Shown: positions 38,067 through 47,198, counted from the first letter of the stretch. The stretch: 64,000 nt of DNA from Bacteroidia bacterium (GCA_025451785.1 JANWJV010000007.1:1596-65595), one strand, 5' to 3'. Translations and numbers: made by a program. The notes: a model not told the origin generated them from the sequence alone.

Positions 38067-38528
38067 ATGAACGTAGACGAAAAAATACTCTTCATCAATT
38101 CTTTCGGCGCCATCACCGATCAGCGGGTGATCCTCGACTACAAAACAGCAGCCGAAGAAATTCCGCTGGAGCAGATCAGCTCCGTGAGCATCCAGCATCG
38201 CCGCAACAAAAAGCTGGCTCGCGCAGGGCTGCTGGCCGCTCTTGCTTTGCTGCTGTTCCTTGCCAATATCCACAACAGGATGAGCGACGCGGGCATCGTA
38301 TTGTATTCCTTCATTCCCGTTGCCTGCATCTTTTCTGCCATCAGCAATACCATTGGTTACCCCTGTATCGAAATAGGCATCACGGGCAACAGCATGCTAC
38401 CCATGATCGTACGCACAGGACAGAATGCCGAAGCACGGCGCTTCGTTACCGAGATCATCAAAGTGATATCGCAGGAACTGTATGCTGAAGAGGGCAAGAA
38501 GAAAGAAACACATGTGAATCCCATCTGA
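38067..38528 (+). CDS. hypothetical membrane protein (PH-like N-terminus, 2 TM)
   Basis: The ATG at 38067 gives MNVDEKILFINSFGAITDQRVILDY, then two hydrophobic helices. Weak call. Confidence 0.45.
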   Translation: MNVDEKILFINSFGAITDQRVILDYKTAAEEIPLEQISSVSIQHRRNKKLARAGLLAALALLLFLANIHNRMSDAGIVLYSFIPVACIFSAISNTIGYPCIEIGITGNSMLPMIVRTGQNAEARRFVTEIIKVISQELYAEEGKKKETHVNPI

Positions 38529-38534
38529 ATTGTT

Positions 38535-39026
38535 TTGGCCAATACATACACTCAAATATTTATACATATAGTATTCGGGGTCAAAGGCCGTATGAGCCTT
38601 ATCAACAAGGCCTGGAAGGATCGGCTATACAAGTACATCTCAGGCATCATTACAAACAAAAAACAAAAATTGATCGTGATCAATGGCGTAGCTGATCACA
38701 TTCACATTCTTGTTAGCATGACAGGCAGTATTTCCGTAGGTGAACTTGTAAAGAATATAAAAGAACATTCCACCAAGTTCATAAACTCTGAAAAACTGGT
38801 TATGGGAAAATTTCAATGGCAAGAGGGATATGGAGGTTTTTCGTGTTCGAAGTCCCACATGAGAAACACCATTCATTATATAGAGAATCAGGAAGCGCAT
38901 CATCATAAAAAGACGTTTAGAGAAGAGTATGTTGAATTGCTGGAGGAGTACAATATACCCTATAAAGAAGAGTATCTGTTCGATCAGATCAAAGATGTTC
39001 CGCCCCTACAGGGCGGCGAGGATTAG
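38535..39026 (+). CDS. IS200/Y1-type REP-associated tyrosine transposase (RAYT)
   Basis: (M)ANTYTQIFIHIVFGVKGR N-terminus, HUH motif ADHIHILV, WQEGYGGFS, and YIENQEAHH with the catalytic Tyr. The start codon is TTG. Confidence 0.85.
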   Translation: MANTYTQIFIHIVFGVKGRMSLINKAWKDRLYKYISGIITNKKQKLIVINGVADHIHILVSMTGSISVGELVKNIKEHSTKFINSEKLVMGKFQWQEGYGGFSCSKSHMRNTIHYIENQEAHHHKKTFREEYVELLEEYNIPYKEEYLFDQIKDVPPLQGGED

Positions 39027-39215
39027 GGGGAGTGGCGTTACAGATGTTTGGCTCCTCCGGAGCCAGGCAACTACAACGTGCCAGCATCTCGTCCCGCTAG
39101 GGACGAAACATCTGTAACCCCCTGCGCAATACAAACAATCGCCTCGTCCCGTCAGGGACGAAACATCTGTAACACGAGCGTATACAAAAGGCCAATCGCC
39201 GCCCCGGAGGGGCGG
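38994..39215. repeat. REP/BIME-like hairpin array flanking the RAYT
   Basis: Five GC-rich hairpins, each attached to a conserved tail. Two have (C)AGATGTT(T) followed by the hairpin (39000-39016, 39037-39064). Three are in the inverse orientation, hairpin then (G)AAACA(TCTGTAAC) (39090-39118, 39145-39173, 39199-39220). Confidence 0.8.
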
Positions 39216-39238
39216 AACAAAATCTCTAAAACATAAAT

Positions 39239-41575
39239 TTAGTTGATGAAGAGGATCTTCGTCACATAGGTCTTGCTGCCGTCCTCGTTGCTGCAAAACA
39301 CAAGGTATACGCCCGTGTGGGCCTTTTCCCCCTTAAAGTTCTTACCATCCCAAATGGCCTGGCCGCCCAGCGCCTTGGTCTTATAGATGAGGGTACCCGC
39401 GATGTCGGTGATCTTTACATCGGCATCTTTCACCAATCCGCGTATGGCGATCACTCCATCATAATTTTCACGCACGGGGTTGGGAAACGCGTATACATTG
39501 TTAAAATCATCGAGACCTTCGGTGGCGGTGCTGCGGTAGGATACAATACCGTTCAGCGTTCCGAAGAATACTTCGCCGGTGTTCTGGTTCATTGTAATGC
39601 TCACGATCTCGTTCGATGGCAGGGGACTGTTCTCCGTGGTAAAATGATGGATCTCCTTTTGCCCGTCGGCCGACATAAGGTAAACACCACTCGTGGCGGT
39701 GCCGATCCATTTGCGGTTGGCGCCATCAACGGTAATGGCGTTGATCACCTCTGTTTCGAAAAGGATCTGCACGTGCCCGTCCTGCTCAATAAGTATTTGC
39801 TGCGCGTCCCAGTTGCTGCCGCCGCTAAAAATAGATTCGGGTGAATAAAATACGCATACGCCTTTATCGGTTCCCACCCAAACCTCCCCTTCCTGGTCTT
39901 CGGCAATGGAATATACGCCGTTGCTCGGCAGGCCCCCGTTGCCTTTGTTCTGGTTCAGCTTTTTGGTATTGGCCGGGGTGGCGGTCACCATCGTTCCGTT
40001 GTCGTTATACACCAATATGCCTTCTCCTTTTTCCAATAAGATCCATTTTTGGTTCCCCTTGGTGATGAGCAGGTGTGTGGGAACAGCGGAAGTGTTGACA
40101 AAAGCAGTAAAGTCGATCGCCTTCCAGGTCCCGTCGGGCTTTCGCACCGATATAGGAAAGGGCGCGCCGGTATTGTTCATCCAAAGGTTCTTGTCCTCAT
40201 CGAAGGCAATGCCATAGGTACGCATGGTATAAAAGGTGCCAAGGATAATGGGGATCAGCGTGCTGTTCTTTTCATTGTACACCTTCTGCACTACTCCATC
40301 CTGAAGCTCTATCACTCCCCTGCTCCAGGTAGTAACGAATACGTGTTTCTCATCATCAGGATCTATCGCCAGGTTCACGAGGTCGAAAATGGTATCGAGG
40401 GCTGTTACGCCTTCCTTTACGGTGCTCCAGCTTTCATTGCTGAACCGTGAGAGGCCATCGTAGTTATAGGTGTTGCTGTAGGAGCCTGTAACGTTGCCGG
40501 GACACAGCCACAGGTAGTCTTTATGCACCTTCATGTTGAGCACGCCGATGGTGCTGGGGCCATTGGGGAAAATAGCTTCGTAAGAACTGCCGGCGGCTTT
40601 CACCAGGCCGTAGTTGCCGTCAGCGATCCAGGTCGTACCGCTGCCATCGGTAATGGCATCGCGCGGCACAGGGCCGATGGCAAAACCGTAGTTCGATATC
40701 TGTTTCACCTGGGCAAGGGTATTGTCGTACATGCGCACGTCGTTCTCATACGAGGCCACCAGCGTATTGTTGGTCACCTCCAGGTTCTTGGCCATATAAC
40801 CCGACAGCTGCGTAAAGTAACCCCAGTTGCTTCCATTGTAAACAAAAATGGTGTCTTCGTTCCATCCGCCGGTGGTAATGCGCTTGGAGTAGTTCGCCAG
40901 GATCTTACCTGAATAGCTGACAATGGTGTTAAATGTTCCTTTCGGCAGTCCTGTGAACTTGCTCCAGGCAGTGAAGTTGGCCAGGTTGGGATTGCTAAGG
41001 TCGGCACGGTAAACACCGCTGTCGGTGGCGGCATACAGCTTTGTAGCATCCGAAGTAATGTCACGCACATTCAGGTTGCTGCCGTTGCTGCCTATATAAT
41101 AGGTGTCCTTCACTTCTTTCTTATCCGTATCGAACACCACAATGCCGAAGCCGCAGGCCAGGTACGCGTACTGGTTGATGAAATGGATGCCGTTGATGTT
41201 CTTGTTACCAATGATGGGTTTGCGCTTGATGTCGGAAAGGTTGGTGATCGTCTTGTTCTGCACGATGTCGATGTTCGCGTTGTTATAAGCGATCATCAAG
41301 CTGTTGTTGTAGGGATTGAACTTGATCGTGCTCACCCCGAAGTCGGAGAAGCCGGTGATCTTGGTGAGGCGTTCAAAGGAATTATCCTGCTTGTTGTACG
41401 AAAAAGCGGCGTAGGGTGTGGCGCAATAGATCTCCCCCTGCCCTTCAGTTACCCAGGAAGCGTTACGGTAAGGAAAATGGTCGCGCCACTGGCCCACGGG
41501 AATACCCTGGGGATAAGCGGCCGAAGCAATGAGAAGAAAGGATACGAAAAGCGCCGTGCGGCGTATAAAGGGCAT
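39239..41575 (-). CDS. two-propeller T9SS component-like protein (PorZ-like) with CTD
   Basis: 778 aa with a signal peptide. N-terminal WRDHFPYRNA... and regulator-propeller-like repeats. CTD AFPNPVREN...GVYLVFC. Size and architecture match my recollection of PorZ (~776 aa). Confidence 0.55.
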   Translation of the reverse strand: MPFIRRTALFVSFLLIASAAYPQGIPVGQWRDHFPYRNASWVTEGQGEIYCATPYAAFSYNKQDNSFERLTKITGFSDFGVSTIKFNPYNNSLMIAYNNANIDIVQNKTITNLSDIKRKPIIGNKNINGIHFINQYAYLACGFGIVVFDTDKKEVKDTYYIGSNGSNLNVRDITSDATKLYAATDSGVYRADLSNPNLANFTAWSKFTGLPKGTFNTIVSYSGKILANYSKRITTGGWNEDTIFVYNGSNWGYFTQLSGYMAKNLEVTNNTLVASYENDVRMYDNTLAQVKQISNYGFAIGPVPRDAITDGSGTTWIADGNYGLVKAAGSSYEAIFPNGPSTIGVLNMKVHKDYLWLCPGNVTGSYSNTYNYDGLSRFSNESWSTVKEGVTALDTIFDLVNLAIDPDDEKHVFVTTWSRGVIELQDGVVQKVYNEKNSTLIPIILGTFYTMRTYGIAFDEDKNLWMNNTGAPFPISVRKPDGTWKAIDFTAFVNTSAVPTHLLITKGNQKWILLEKGEGILVYNDNGTMVTATPANTKKLNQNKGNGGLPSNGVYSIAEDQEGEVWVGTDKGVCVFYSPESIFSGGSNWDAQQILIEQDGHVQILFETEVINAITVDGANRKWIGTATSGVYLMSADGQKEIHHFTTENSPLPSNEIVSITMNQNTGEVFFGTLNGIVSYRSTATEGLDDFNNVYAFPNPVRENYDGVIAIRGLVKDADVKITDIAGTLIYKTKALGGQAIWDGKNFKGEKAHTGVYLVFCSNEDGSKTYVTKILFIN

Positions 41576-41661
41576 GCGGTTATCTATATATACACAATAT
41601 TACTAAATGTTTGGGGATAAATACTAACGGCAAAAGGGCCGCTTTATTATAATTTAGCGGT

Positions 41662-42354
41662 ATGAAAAGCATTGGACTCATTGGCGGCACCTCCTGGTAT
41701 TCCACCATCGACTATTACCGCTACATCAATAAAATGGTGAACGAACGCATGGGCGGCAGTACCAATCCGCCCTTGGTGCTGTACAATATCAACCAGGAGA
41801 AGCTGCACCAGTTGCAGGCCGAGGGCGGATGGGATAAAGTGGGCCTCGAGCTCTCGGCGGCGGGTAAGAAGCTGAAGGCTGCCGGCGCTGAAGCTTTGTT
41901 GCTTTGCGCGAACACCACTCATATCTCCTACGAAACGGTTCAAAAGGAATGTGGCCTGCCAGTGCTGCACATCGCGGAGGCCATCGCGAAGGGCATCAAA
42001 AAGAAAGGACTGAACAAGGTGGGATTGATCGGGACCATCTTTACAATGGAGCGAGACTTTCTAAAAGGCAAACTAAAGGACGAGCACGGCATTGATGTAG
42101 TGGTCCCTGACAAAGAAGCCAGGGAATTACTTCACAGCATTATCTTCAAGCACCTGGCCCTTGGTGATTTTTCAGAACCGGTAAAGAAGCAAACCATCGC
42201 CGAGATCAATAAGCTAAAAGCCCAAGGCGCACAGGGAATTATTTTAGGCTGTACCGAATTCCCTATCCTTGTGAAGCAAAGCGACCTTGATATTCCCGCT
42301 TTCGATACTACGCAGCTTCACGCGGAAATGGCGGTGGAGTTTATTTTAAGCTGA
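41662..42354 (+). CDS. aspartate/glutamate racemase family protein
   Basis: 230 aa. IGLIGGTSWYSTIDYY and ILGCTEFP motifs, with the two catalytic Cys contexts CANTTH and GCTE. Confidence 0.85.
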   Translation: MKSIGLIGGTSWYSTIDYYRYINKMVNERMGGSTNPPLVLYNINQEKLHQLQAEGGWDKVGLELSAAGKKLKAAGAEALLLCANTTHISYETVQKECGLPVLHIAEAIAKGIKKKGLNKVGLIGTIFTMERDFLKGKLKDEHGIDVVVPDKEARELLHSIIFKHLALGDFSEPVKKQTIAEINKLKAQGAQGIILGCTEFPILVKQSDLDIPAFDTTQLHAEMAVEFILS

Positions 42355-42411
42355 TCCCCCCTGTACCTTTTTCCCCTTCTTTCAGTTATATTTACATCAG
42401 CCCCCTGAAAC

Positions 42412-44307
42412 GTGAAGAGGATATTCAACCTGTTACTTGCCTTTTTCATTACCTGTACCCTGTACGCCCAGAACGCGAAGGATCAACCTGTTCGTGACAC
42501 ATTAAAAAAAAGGGTATGGCTGCTTGGTTTCGGCAATAAAGCAAGAACCTACAACGCTTTGCGTATCAGCGCCACGGACAAAGGAAGAAACACCAATGGC
42601 ATTAACATTTCTCTTACGGGAGAAGTAAACCCGCCTGACGACAGCCAAACCAATGGCATCGACCTCTCAGCAGTATTCCCTGGAACACACAACGTAAACG
42701 GGGCCGCAATTTCTCTGTTCATGTCTGAATACGGAACGGTAAATGGCATTTCGATGCTCGGGCTAATGGGTGAGTGCTATGTCACGAATGGTGTTGCCAT
42801 TAGCTTAATTCACATGTTCGAAACAACCAATGGGATCTGCGCGGGCGGCCTTGATGTGACAGGGTTTAAAGTGAATGGCCTGGCTCTGGCTGGGATCAAT
42901 GTGGCGGTGGATGACACCATGAATGGACTCACTCTTTCAGGGATCTGTACCCATATCGGAACAATGAATGGCCTCAGCATTGCGCCCTTTAACAGGAGCG
43001 AAGACCTTCATGGAGTACAGGTAGGCTTGTTCAACAACGCCGTGCTTGCTAACGGAATTCAATTTGGCTTGTTAAATCGCATCGCCGAAAATCCCAGAGC
43101 CCTCCGCCTATTGCCTGTCTTTAATTTCAATTTCAGGAAATACACCCCGCGAATTGATACCATGCGCTGGAAGGATTCCCTTACAGGGTTGCCGGCTTAC
43201 AGTATTAGCAAATTCCAACCCGACCGGCTAACACCCATTGACCGGATGACCTATGTGTTTGCTGAGGACGGGCCTCATAAGCATGGCCTCCAGGAGTATT
43301 TTAATGAGAAGGGAATTATCAAGGAGTCATCCAACTATTCTATGGGTTTTCTTCATGGGCCACATACAATGTTTGAAAATGGAAGAGCTAAGACGATAAC
43401 TTACTTTATTAACGGGTCAAAAGAAGTTGAAATGAGCCTGCGATATGGAGGAGAACCCGAGGGCAGGTATATAATTGAAAAGTATAGCGGCGATCGACAA
43501 CGCACCTATCGGATCACCACATCCGGAGACACCATCAACAGGACCTTTAACGGAAGATCAGAAGGCAAGTGGGTCTATTGTAATGGCTCCCCCGAAAGAA
43601 GGACCATCGGGACAGCATGGTATAATAATGGAAAGCATCTTCGATCACAAATGGTCTATGATGGAAAGCCCTTAGAGGTGGAACTGCCAGCCGGAAAGCG
43701 AATGCTAAAACCTAAGGATACCTTATGGAAGACGAATGGAGAAGAGCCACCTGAAAAGATAATCATTTTCCAAAGGGACCGGTATTCATATAATCGCTTT
43801 TTGCAGAAGGGCAAACAGGAGTTTGTGATACTGAGTGAAAACGGCAAACTGGTAGCGCGGTATCAATTGAATGACTCAACAGTGACAGGAAGTTCGTTCA
43901 GTGGGAATTTTCCAGGATTCCAGCATTTCTTCTATTGTTATAACCCACGCTACGAAGTATACGATACTTGCTTTAGAAAAGATGGCAGCATACAACACAT
44001 CCGATATTCTACTGCAATAAAGTATTTCCGAAAGAATGGGAGACTTGAACATACAAGCGGCGATACCTCTGTTTACTATCATAAGAATGGCAACAAACGA
44101 TGGATGTTTGATGCCGAAAACACTTTCGACATTATCTATTATAAGAACGGAAATAAGAAACATGAGTTCTTCTACATGGAAAGTGAGTTGATGAGGAAGA
44201 AACGATATCGTGGGAACGGAACTCTACGAAAGGAGATCGTTTATAATCCTGAGGTAAAGTATCGTTATGATAAGAAGGGAAAACCTCGTCAACCGCTACC
44301 TGAATAA
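42412..44307 (+). CDS. secreted composite repeat protein: N-terminal NG[IL]-repeat region plus C-terminal MORN/YwqK-like repeats
   Basis: GTG start with signal peptide KRIFNLLLAFFITCTLYAQ. About 12 short xxNG(I/L)x(I/L)S units end in GVQVGLFNNA..GIQFGLLNR. The C-terminal half has YYKNGNKKHEF and YHKNGNKRWMF type repeats. Confidence 0.6.
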   Translation: MKRIFNLLLAFFITCTLYAQNAKDQPVRDTLKKRVWLLGFGNKARTYNALRISATDKGRNTNGINISLTGEVNPPDDSQTNGIDLSAVFPGTHNVNGAAISLFMSEYGTVNGISMLGLMGECYVTNGVAISLIHMFETTNGICAGGLDVTGFKVNGLALAGINVAVDDTMNGLTLSGICTHIGTMNGLSIAPFNRSEDLHGVQVGLFNNAVLANGIQFGLLNRIAENPRALRLLPVFNFNFRKYTPRIDTMRWKDSLTGLPAYSISKFQPDRLTPIDRMTYVFAEDGPHKHGLQEYFNEKGIIKESSNYSMGFLHGPHTMFENGRAKTITYFINGSKEVEMSLRYGGEPEGRYIIEKYSGDRQRTYRITTSGDTINRTFNGRSEGKWVYCNGSPERRTIGTAWYNNGKHLRSQMVYDGKPLEVELPAGKRMLKPKDTLWKTNGEEPPEKIIIFQRDRYSYNRFLQKGKQEFVILSENGKLVARYQLNDSTVTGSSFSGNFPGFQHFFYCYNPRYEVYDTCFRKDGSIQHIRYSTAIKYFRKNGRLEHTSGDTSVYYHKNGNKRWMFDAENTFDIIYYKNGNKKHEFFYMESELMRKKRYRGNGTLRKEIVYNPEVKYRYDKKGKPRQPLPE

Positions 44308-44817
44308 TTACCAGTGCCCCGCGTAATCCAGCGAGAGCCCCGAGCTCTCCTTCAGGAAATTGTATTTAGTTGCCGTGATCTGCCGTATGTGCAGGTGATC
44401 ATGCGCCAGCCAGTTGGCCAGGAGGAACTCCGCGCTGATGGGACCTACCTTAGGATGCTGGTAAAAACTTTTCCAGTTGGGATTCGAAAGCGAACGCAGC
44501 CACTTCACCGATTCAGTTCGTTCATCCAAAAATGCCGCGATCTTCTTCTCATACTCCTGCTCCATGTATTTTCTTTCTTTCACCCAGGCAACAGGATCTA
44601 TCTTCGGCATGGGATCATTGGGACTGAACAAAGTATGCTTTACACGAGCCCGAAAATCTTCACGCTCTTCATCATACAAGTGACAAGCGATCTCCAGAAG
44701 CGACCATTTTTCAGGGTTTTGTTTCCAGAGATGTATTTCAGAAGGCACACCGGAAAGCAATGCACGGAAAGTGGCGGCGTTGCTTTCGAGAGTGGTGATG
44801 GTGAGGGAGTAGTTCAT
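44308..44817 (-). CDS. DinB family protein
   Basis: 169 aa. His-containing helices IACHLYDEE and WLAHDHLHIRQ are typical of the DinB four-helix bundle. Confidence 0.75.
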   Translation of the reverse strand: MNYSLTITTLESNAATFRALLSGVPSEIHLWKQNPEKWSLLEIACHLYDEEREDFRARVKHTLFSPNDPMPKIDPVAWVKERKYMEQEYEKKIAAFLDERTESVKWLRSLSNPNWKSFYQHPKVGPISAEFLLANWLAHDHLHIRQITATKYNFLKESSGLSLDYAGHW

Positions 44818-44853
44818 GCTATCAAAAATAACGGAAAAAGCTATTGGAGAATC

Positions 44854-46284
44854 TCACGGGGCTCCTTCCGCCGCATTATTCTCCATTGACTCAACAACTT
44901 TCAGCCTTAGCTTGTCGACAGGTGCTTCTTCGAGCTTAAGTATTATAATTTGCTTGTCAGTAATTACGACTTGCTTCGTGGCAAAACAGGGTTTGTTATT
45001 CTTATAACCCGTTGCAACTATTACGGCCTCAGCTCCCACAGGCAGTTTCGTTTTCTCATGATCTCCATGAGTGAATGAGAACGTGCTGTCTTTCTTTTGA
45101 TAACCAGGGATATATATCCCTTCCTTCTCAAACATGATCCTAATGAAGATCACATCCATGTCGCGGTGGTTTTCAATTTTAGTCACCATATCAATGATCT
45201 TACTTCGAGAATCATTGCTAAGCCTATCTATATTCGCCCAGCCCAAGTTCTTCATTGAGAAAAGATAATTGGCATTAGGGTCTTCTGAAAAGTAGTTAAG
45301 TCCTGCTGCCTGGTTTTGTTTTGTATTACCACCAAAGGTAGCTGCAACTAATTGGTTACCATTTTGCCTCCACTGCTTGCCATCAATCGAATCTATTTTT
45401 ATCCAATCAACTTCTTCTTGTTGTACCTTTTCTTCTATAGCAACAACCGAATTATTGCCTACCCCCATCGGCTGCGGATCCACCCAATTCAAACGCCCGT
45501 TCTTATCCTTCACTCCTTCCCACACTTTCATATCCTTCAGCACTTTCTTCGAGGGAACGGCCACGCCCACTGTTTTCTTATCGGCAAGCTTCAAGGGGCC
45601 GCTTTCATTCACAGCGTTCACACAGATCATTCCTCCGCTCTCCAATGGTTTGCCGTTAGTGGTCGTTACCAGGTCGCCCAATACCATGTCCTTCGGAACA
45701 AGTGCCTCTTTAAACTCGATCGTTACCGGGCCATTCACCGACTGGCCCTCCGCGTTAGCGAAAGTGTTCTTAGGAATATGCAACACAACCCCCGACTTGC
45801 TCTTGAGCGTTGTGTCACGGCCTCCGTTGATCTTGAAGATCTGCTTCGGCAATTGCTCCGTGCCAAACACGTTATGATAAAGTTCGGCAGCGGCCTTTTT
45901 TGAAGCTACCGGTTGTTCAACAACAGGAAGACTGTCCTTCATTTGTTCTGTCTTTACCTCAGTCGTCTTCGCGTCGGCCTGAACTTTAGGTTCCTCCATT
46001 GGATTAAAGTACAAGAGCGCCGATGCCACCAAAACGATGGCCGCGCCACCTATCCCGCCCTTCATAATATTTTGTCCCTGCCTGTACTTTCTTGCCGCCT
46101 GTTGCGCTTGCTGCCTTAAAGCTGCTTGTTCTAATCCTTTCATCAACTCCTTCTGTATCATCATGTCTTCTTTTAATCCCGCGTTGCTTTCCATCTCTTT
46201 TTCAAAAGCTTCTCGCTCCACCTTTTTCATGCTTCCCATGAGGTAGTGCTCTATCTTTTCTATCAGTTCCAGTTCCTTGCGCAT
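44854..46284 (-). CDS. membrane-anchored protein downstream of ECF sigma (putative anti-sigma factor)
   Basis: Helical N-terminus, a single TM (GGIGGAAIVLVASALLYF), and a ~380-aa extracytoplasmic domain. The stop of the sigma gene lies 10 nt upstream. Confidence 0.45.
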   Translation of the reverse strand: MRKELELIEKIEHYLMGSMKKVEREAFEKEMESNAGLKEDMMIQKELMKGLEQAALRQQAQQAARKYRQGQNIMKGGIGGAAIVLVASALLYFNPMEEPKVQADAKTTEVKTEQMKDSLPVVEQPVASKKAAAELYHNVFGTEQLPKQIFKINGGRDTTLKSKSGVVLHIPKNTFANAEGQSVNGPVTIEFKEALVPKDMVLGDLVTTTNGKPLESGGMICVNAVNESGPLKLADKKTVGVAVPSKKVLKDMKVWEGVKDKNGRLNWVDPQPMGVGNNSVVAIEEKVQQEEVDWIKIDSIDGKQWRQNGNQLVAATFGGNTKQNQAAGLNYFSEDPNANYLFSMKNLGWANIDRLSNDSRSKIIDMVTKIENHRDMDVIFIRIMFEKEGIYIPGYQKKDSTFSFTHGDHEKTKLPVGAEAVIVATGYKNNKPCFATKQVVITDKQIIILKLEEAPVDKLRLKVVESMENNAAEGAP

Positions 46285-46294
46285 GTCCTTTTCT

Positions 46295-46852
46295 TTAAGA
46301 TGCCTGTACTTTTTTCATTTGCTTCAGCCGGTTACGTGCCGCTTCCAGGCATTTGTATTTCTGGTTCTTGGCCGTGTTCTCCGAGTTGTAGCCCATTTTC
46401 ACCGCGATGGCTTTCAATTTCATTGTTCCAGAGTAAAAGAGCAGCAAAAGTTCCCGGCACCGTTCGCCCAGTCCTTCGATCACCTGCCTGGCCATGCCCA
46501 GCTTCTCCTCTTCCTGCCTCCATTCCGTCATGCTCTCCTCTTCCGCTTTCGCCAGGCCGCTGTCGATCCCTTCGGCCGGGAGCTTCTGCCTCTTCTTCAG
46601 TTCATCCTTCCACAAAAAGCGGCAAACACTATAGAGGTAGGTGCTGAGCTGCGCCGTTAACGTAAAGTCTTCCGCGTTCACCTTGCGGTGTACCACCAGC
46701 AATGCTTCCTGGAAAATATCCTCGGCATCTTCCTTCCTCCCGCCTTTTGAAAGCACCATTTTCCTGATCATCGGAAAATGTTTGTACAAAGCCAGGAAGG
46801 CTTTGTCGTTCTTCCCGCTCCTCAACTGTTCTATGATCTGCTGATCGGTCAT
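46295..46852 (-). CDS. ECF-type RNA polymerase sigma-70 family factor
   Basis: 185 aa. Region 2 is DAEDIFQEALLVVHRK...YLYSVCRFLW. Region 4 is LLLLFYSGTMKLKAIAVKMGYNSENTAKNQKYKCL. Confidence 0.85.
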   Translation of the reverse strand: MTDQQIIEQLRSGKNDKAFLALYKHFPMIRKMVLSKGGRKEDAEDIFQEALLVVHRKVNAEDFTLTAQLSTYLYSVCRFLWKDELKKRQKLPAEGIDSGLAKAEEESMTEWRQEEEKLGMARQVIEGLGERCRELLLLFYSGTMKLKAIAVKMGYNSENTAKNQKYKCLEAARNRLKQMKKVQAS

Positions 46853-46973
46853 TCGTGCTGCTTTTATAATGTTAATGGTCGAAAAAGGAAAAGGTCACCC
46901 TCCCTAAAGAAACATTTTTCATGAACTAAGACGCATAAAAGGCAAAAGGATGGCATCTTGGGCCAATTTTCGG

Positions 46974-46981
46974 TATTTTTG
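46974..46981 (+). promoter_or_regulatory. candidate -7 box (TATTTTTG) for tRNA-Arg
   Basis: Exact TAnnTTTG match, 41 nt upstream of the tRNA 5' end. Confidence 0.4.
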
Positions 46982-47022
46982 CGCTCCATCGCCCTTCGAA
47001 GCTTTAGCGAAGAAGGGCAATT

Positions 47023-47096
47023 GGTCCCGTAGTTCAACTGGATAGAATGACAGATTCCGGTTCTGTTGGTTGGGGGTTCGACTCCCTCCGGGACCG
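47023..47096 (+). tRNA. tRNA-Arg (CCG)
   Basis: Hand-folded. Acceptor GGTCCCG/CGGGACC, anticodon stem ACAGA/TCTGT with loop TTCCGGT, T arm GGGGG-TTCGACT-CCCTC. CCA is not encoded. Confidence 0.9.
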
Positions 47097-47119
47097 CATG
47101 AACAGTGTGAGTTTGAGAG

Positions 47120-47154
47120 TGAGAGCGAGTCAATTGCTCCGCTCTCATTCTTTT
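47120..47154 (+). terminator. rho-independent terminator after tRNA-Arg
   Basis: TGAGAGCG / CGCTCTCA 8-bp stem followed by TTCTTTT. Confidence 0.7.
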
Positions 47155-47163
47155 ATGACCAAT

Positions 47164-47198
47164 TCCTAAATCCTAAATCCCAAATCCTAAATCCTAAA
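47164..47198 (+). repeat. heptanucleotide tandem array (TCCTAAA x5, one C variant) upstream of EamA gene
   Basis: TCCTAAA TCCTAAA TCCCAAA TCCTAAA TCCTAAA. It ends 5 nt before the ATG at 47204. Confidence 0.9.

Noticed and set aside
39037-39215. Possible small CRISPR array (two ~31-nt direct repeats separated by a ~24-nt spacer)
   Set aside because: There are only two direct copies. Other copies are inverted and have different stems. The array sits directly next to a RAYT gene, and there are no cas genes. It fits a REP/BIME array instead.
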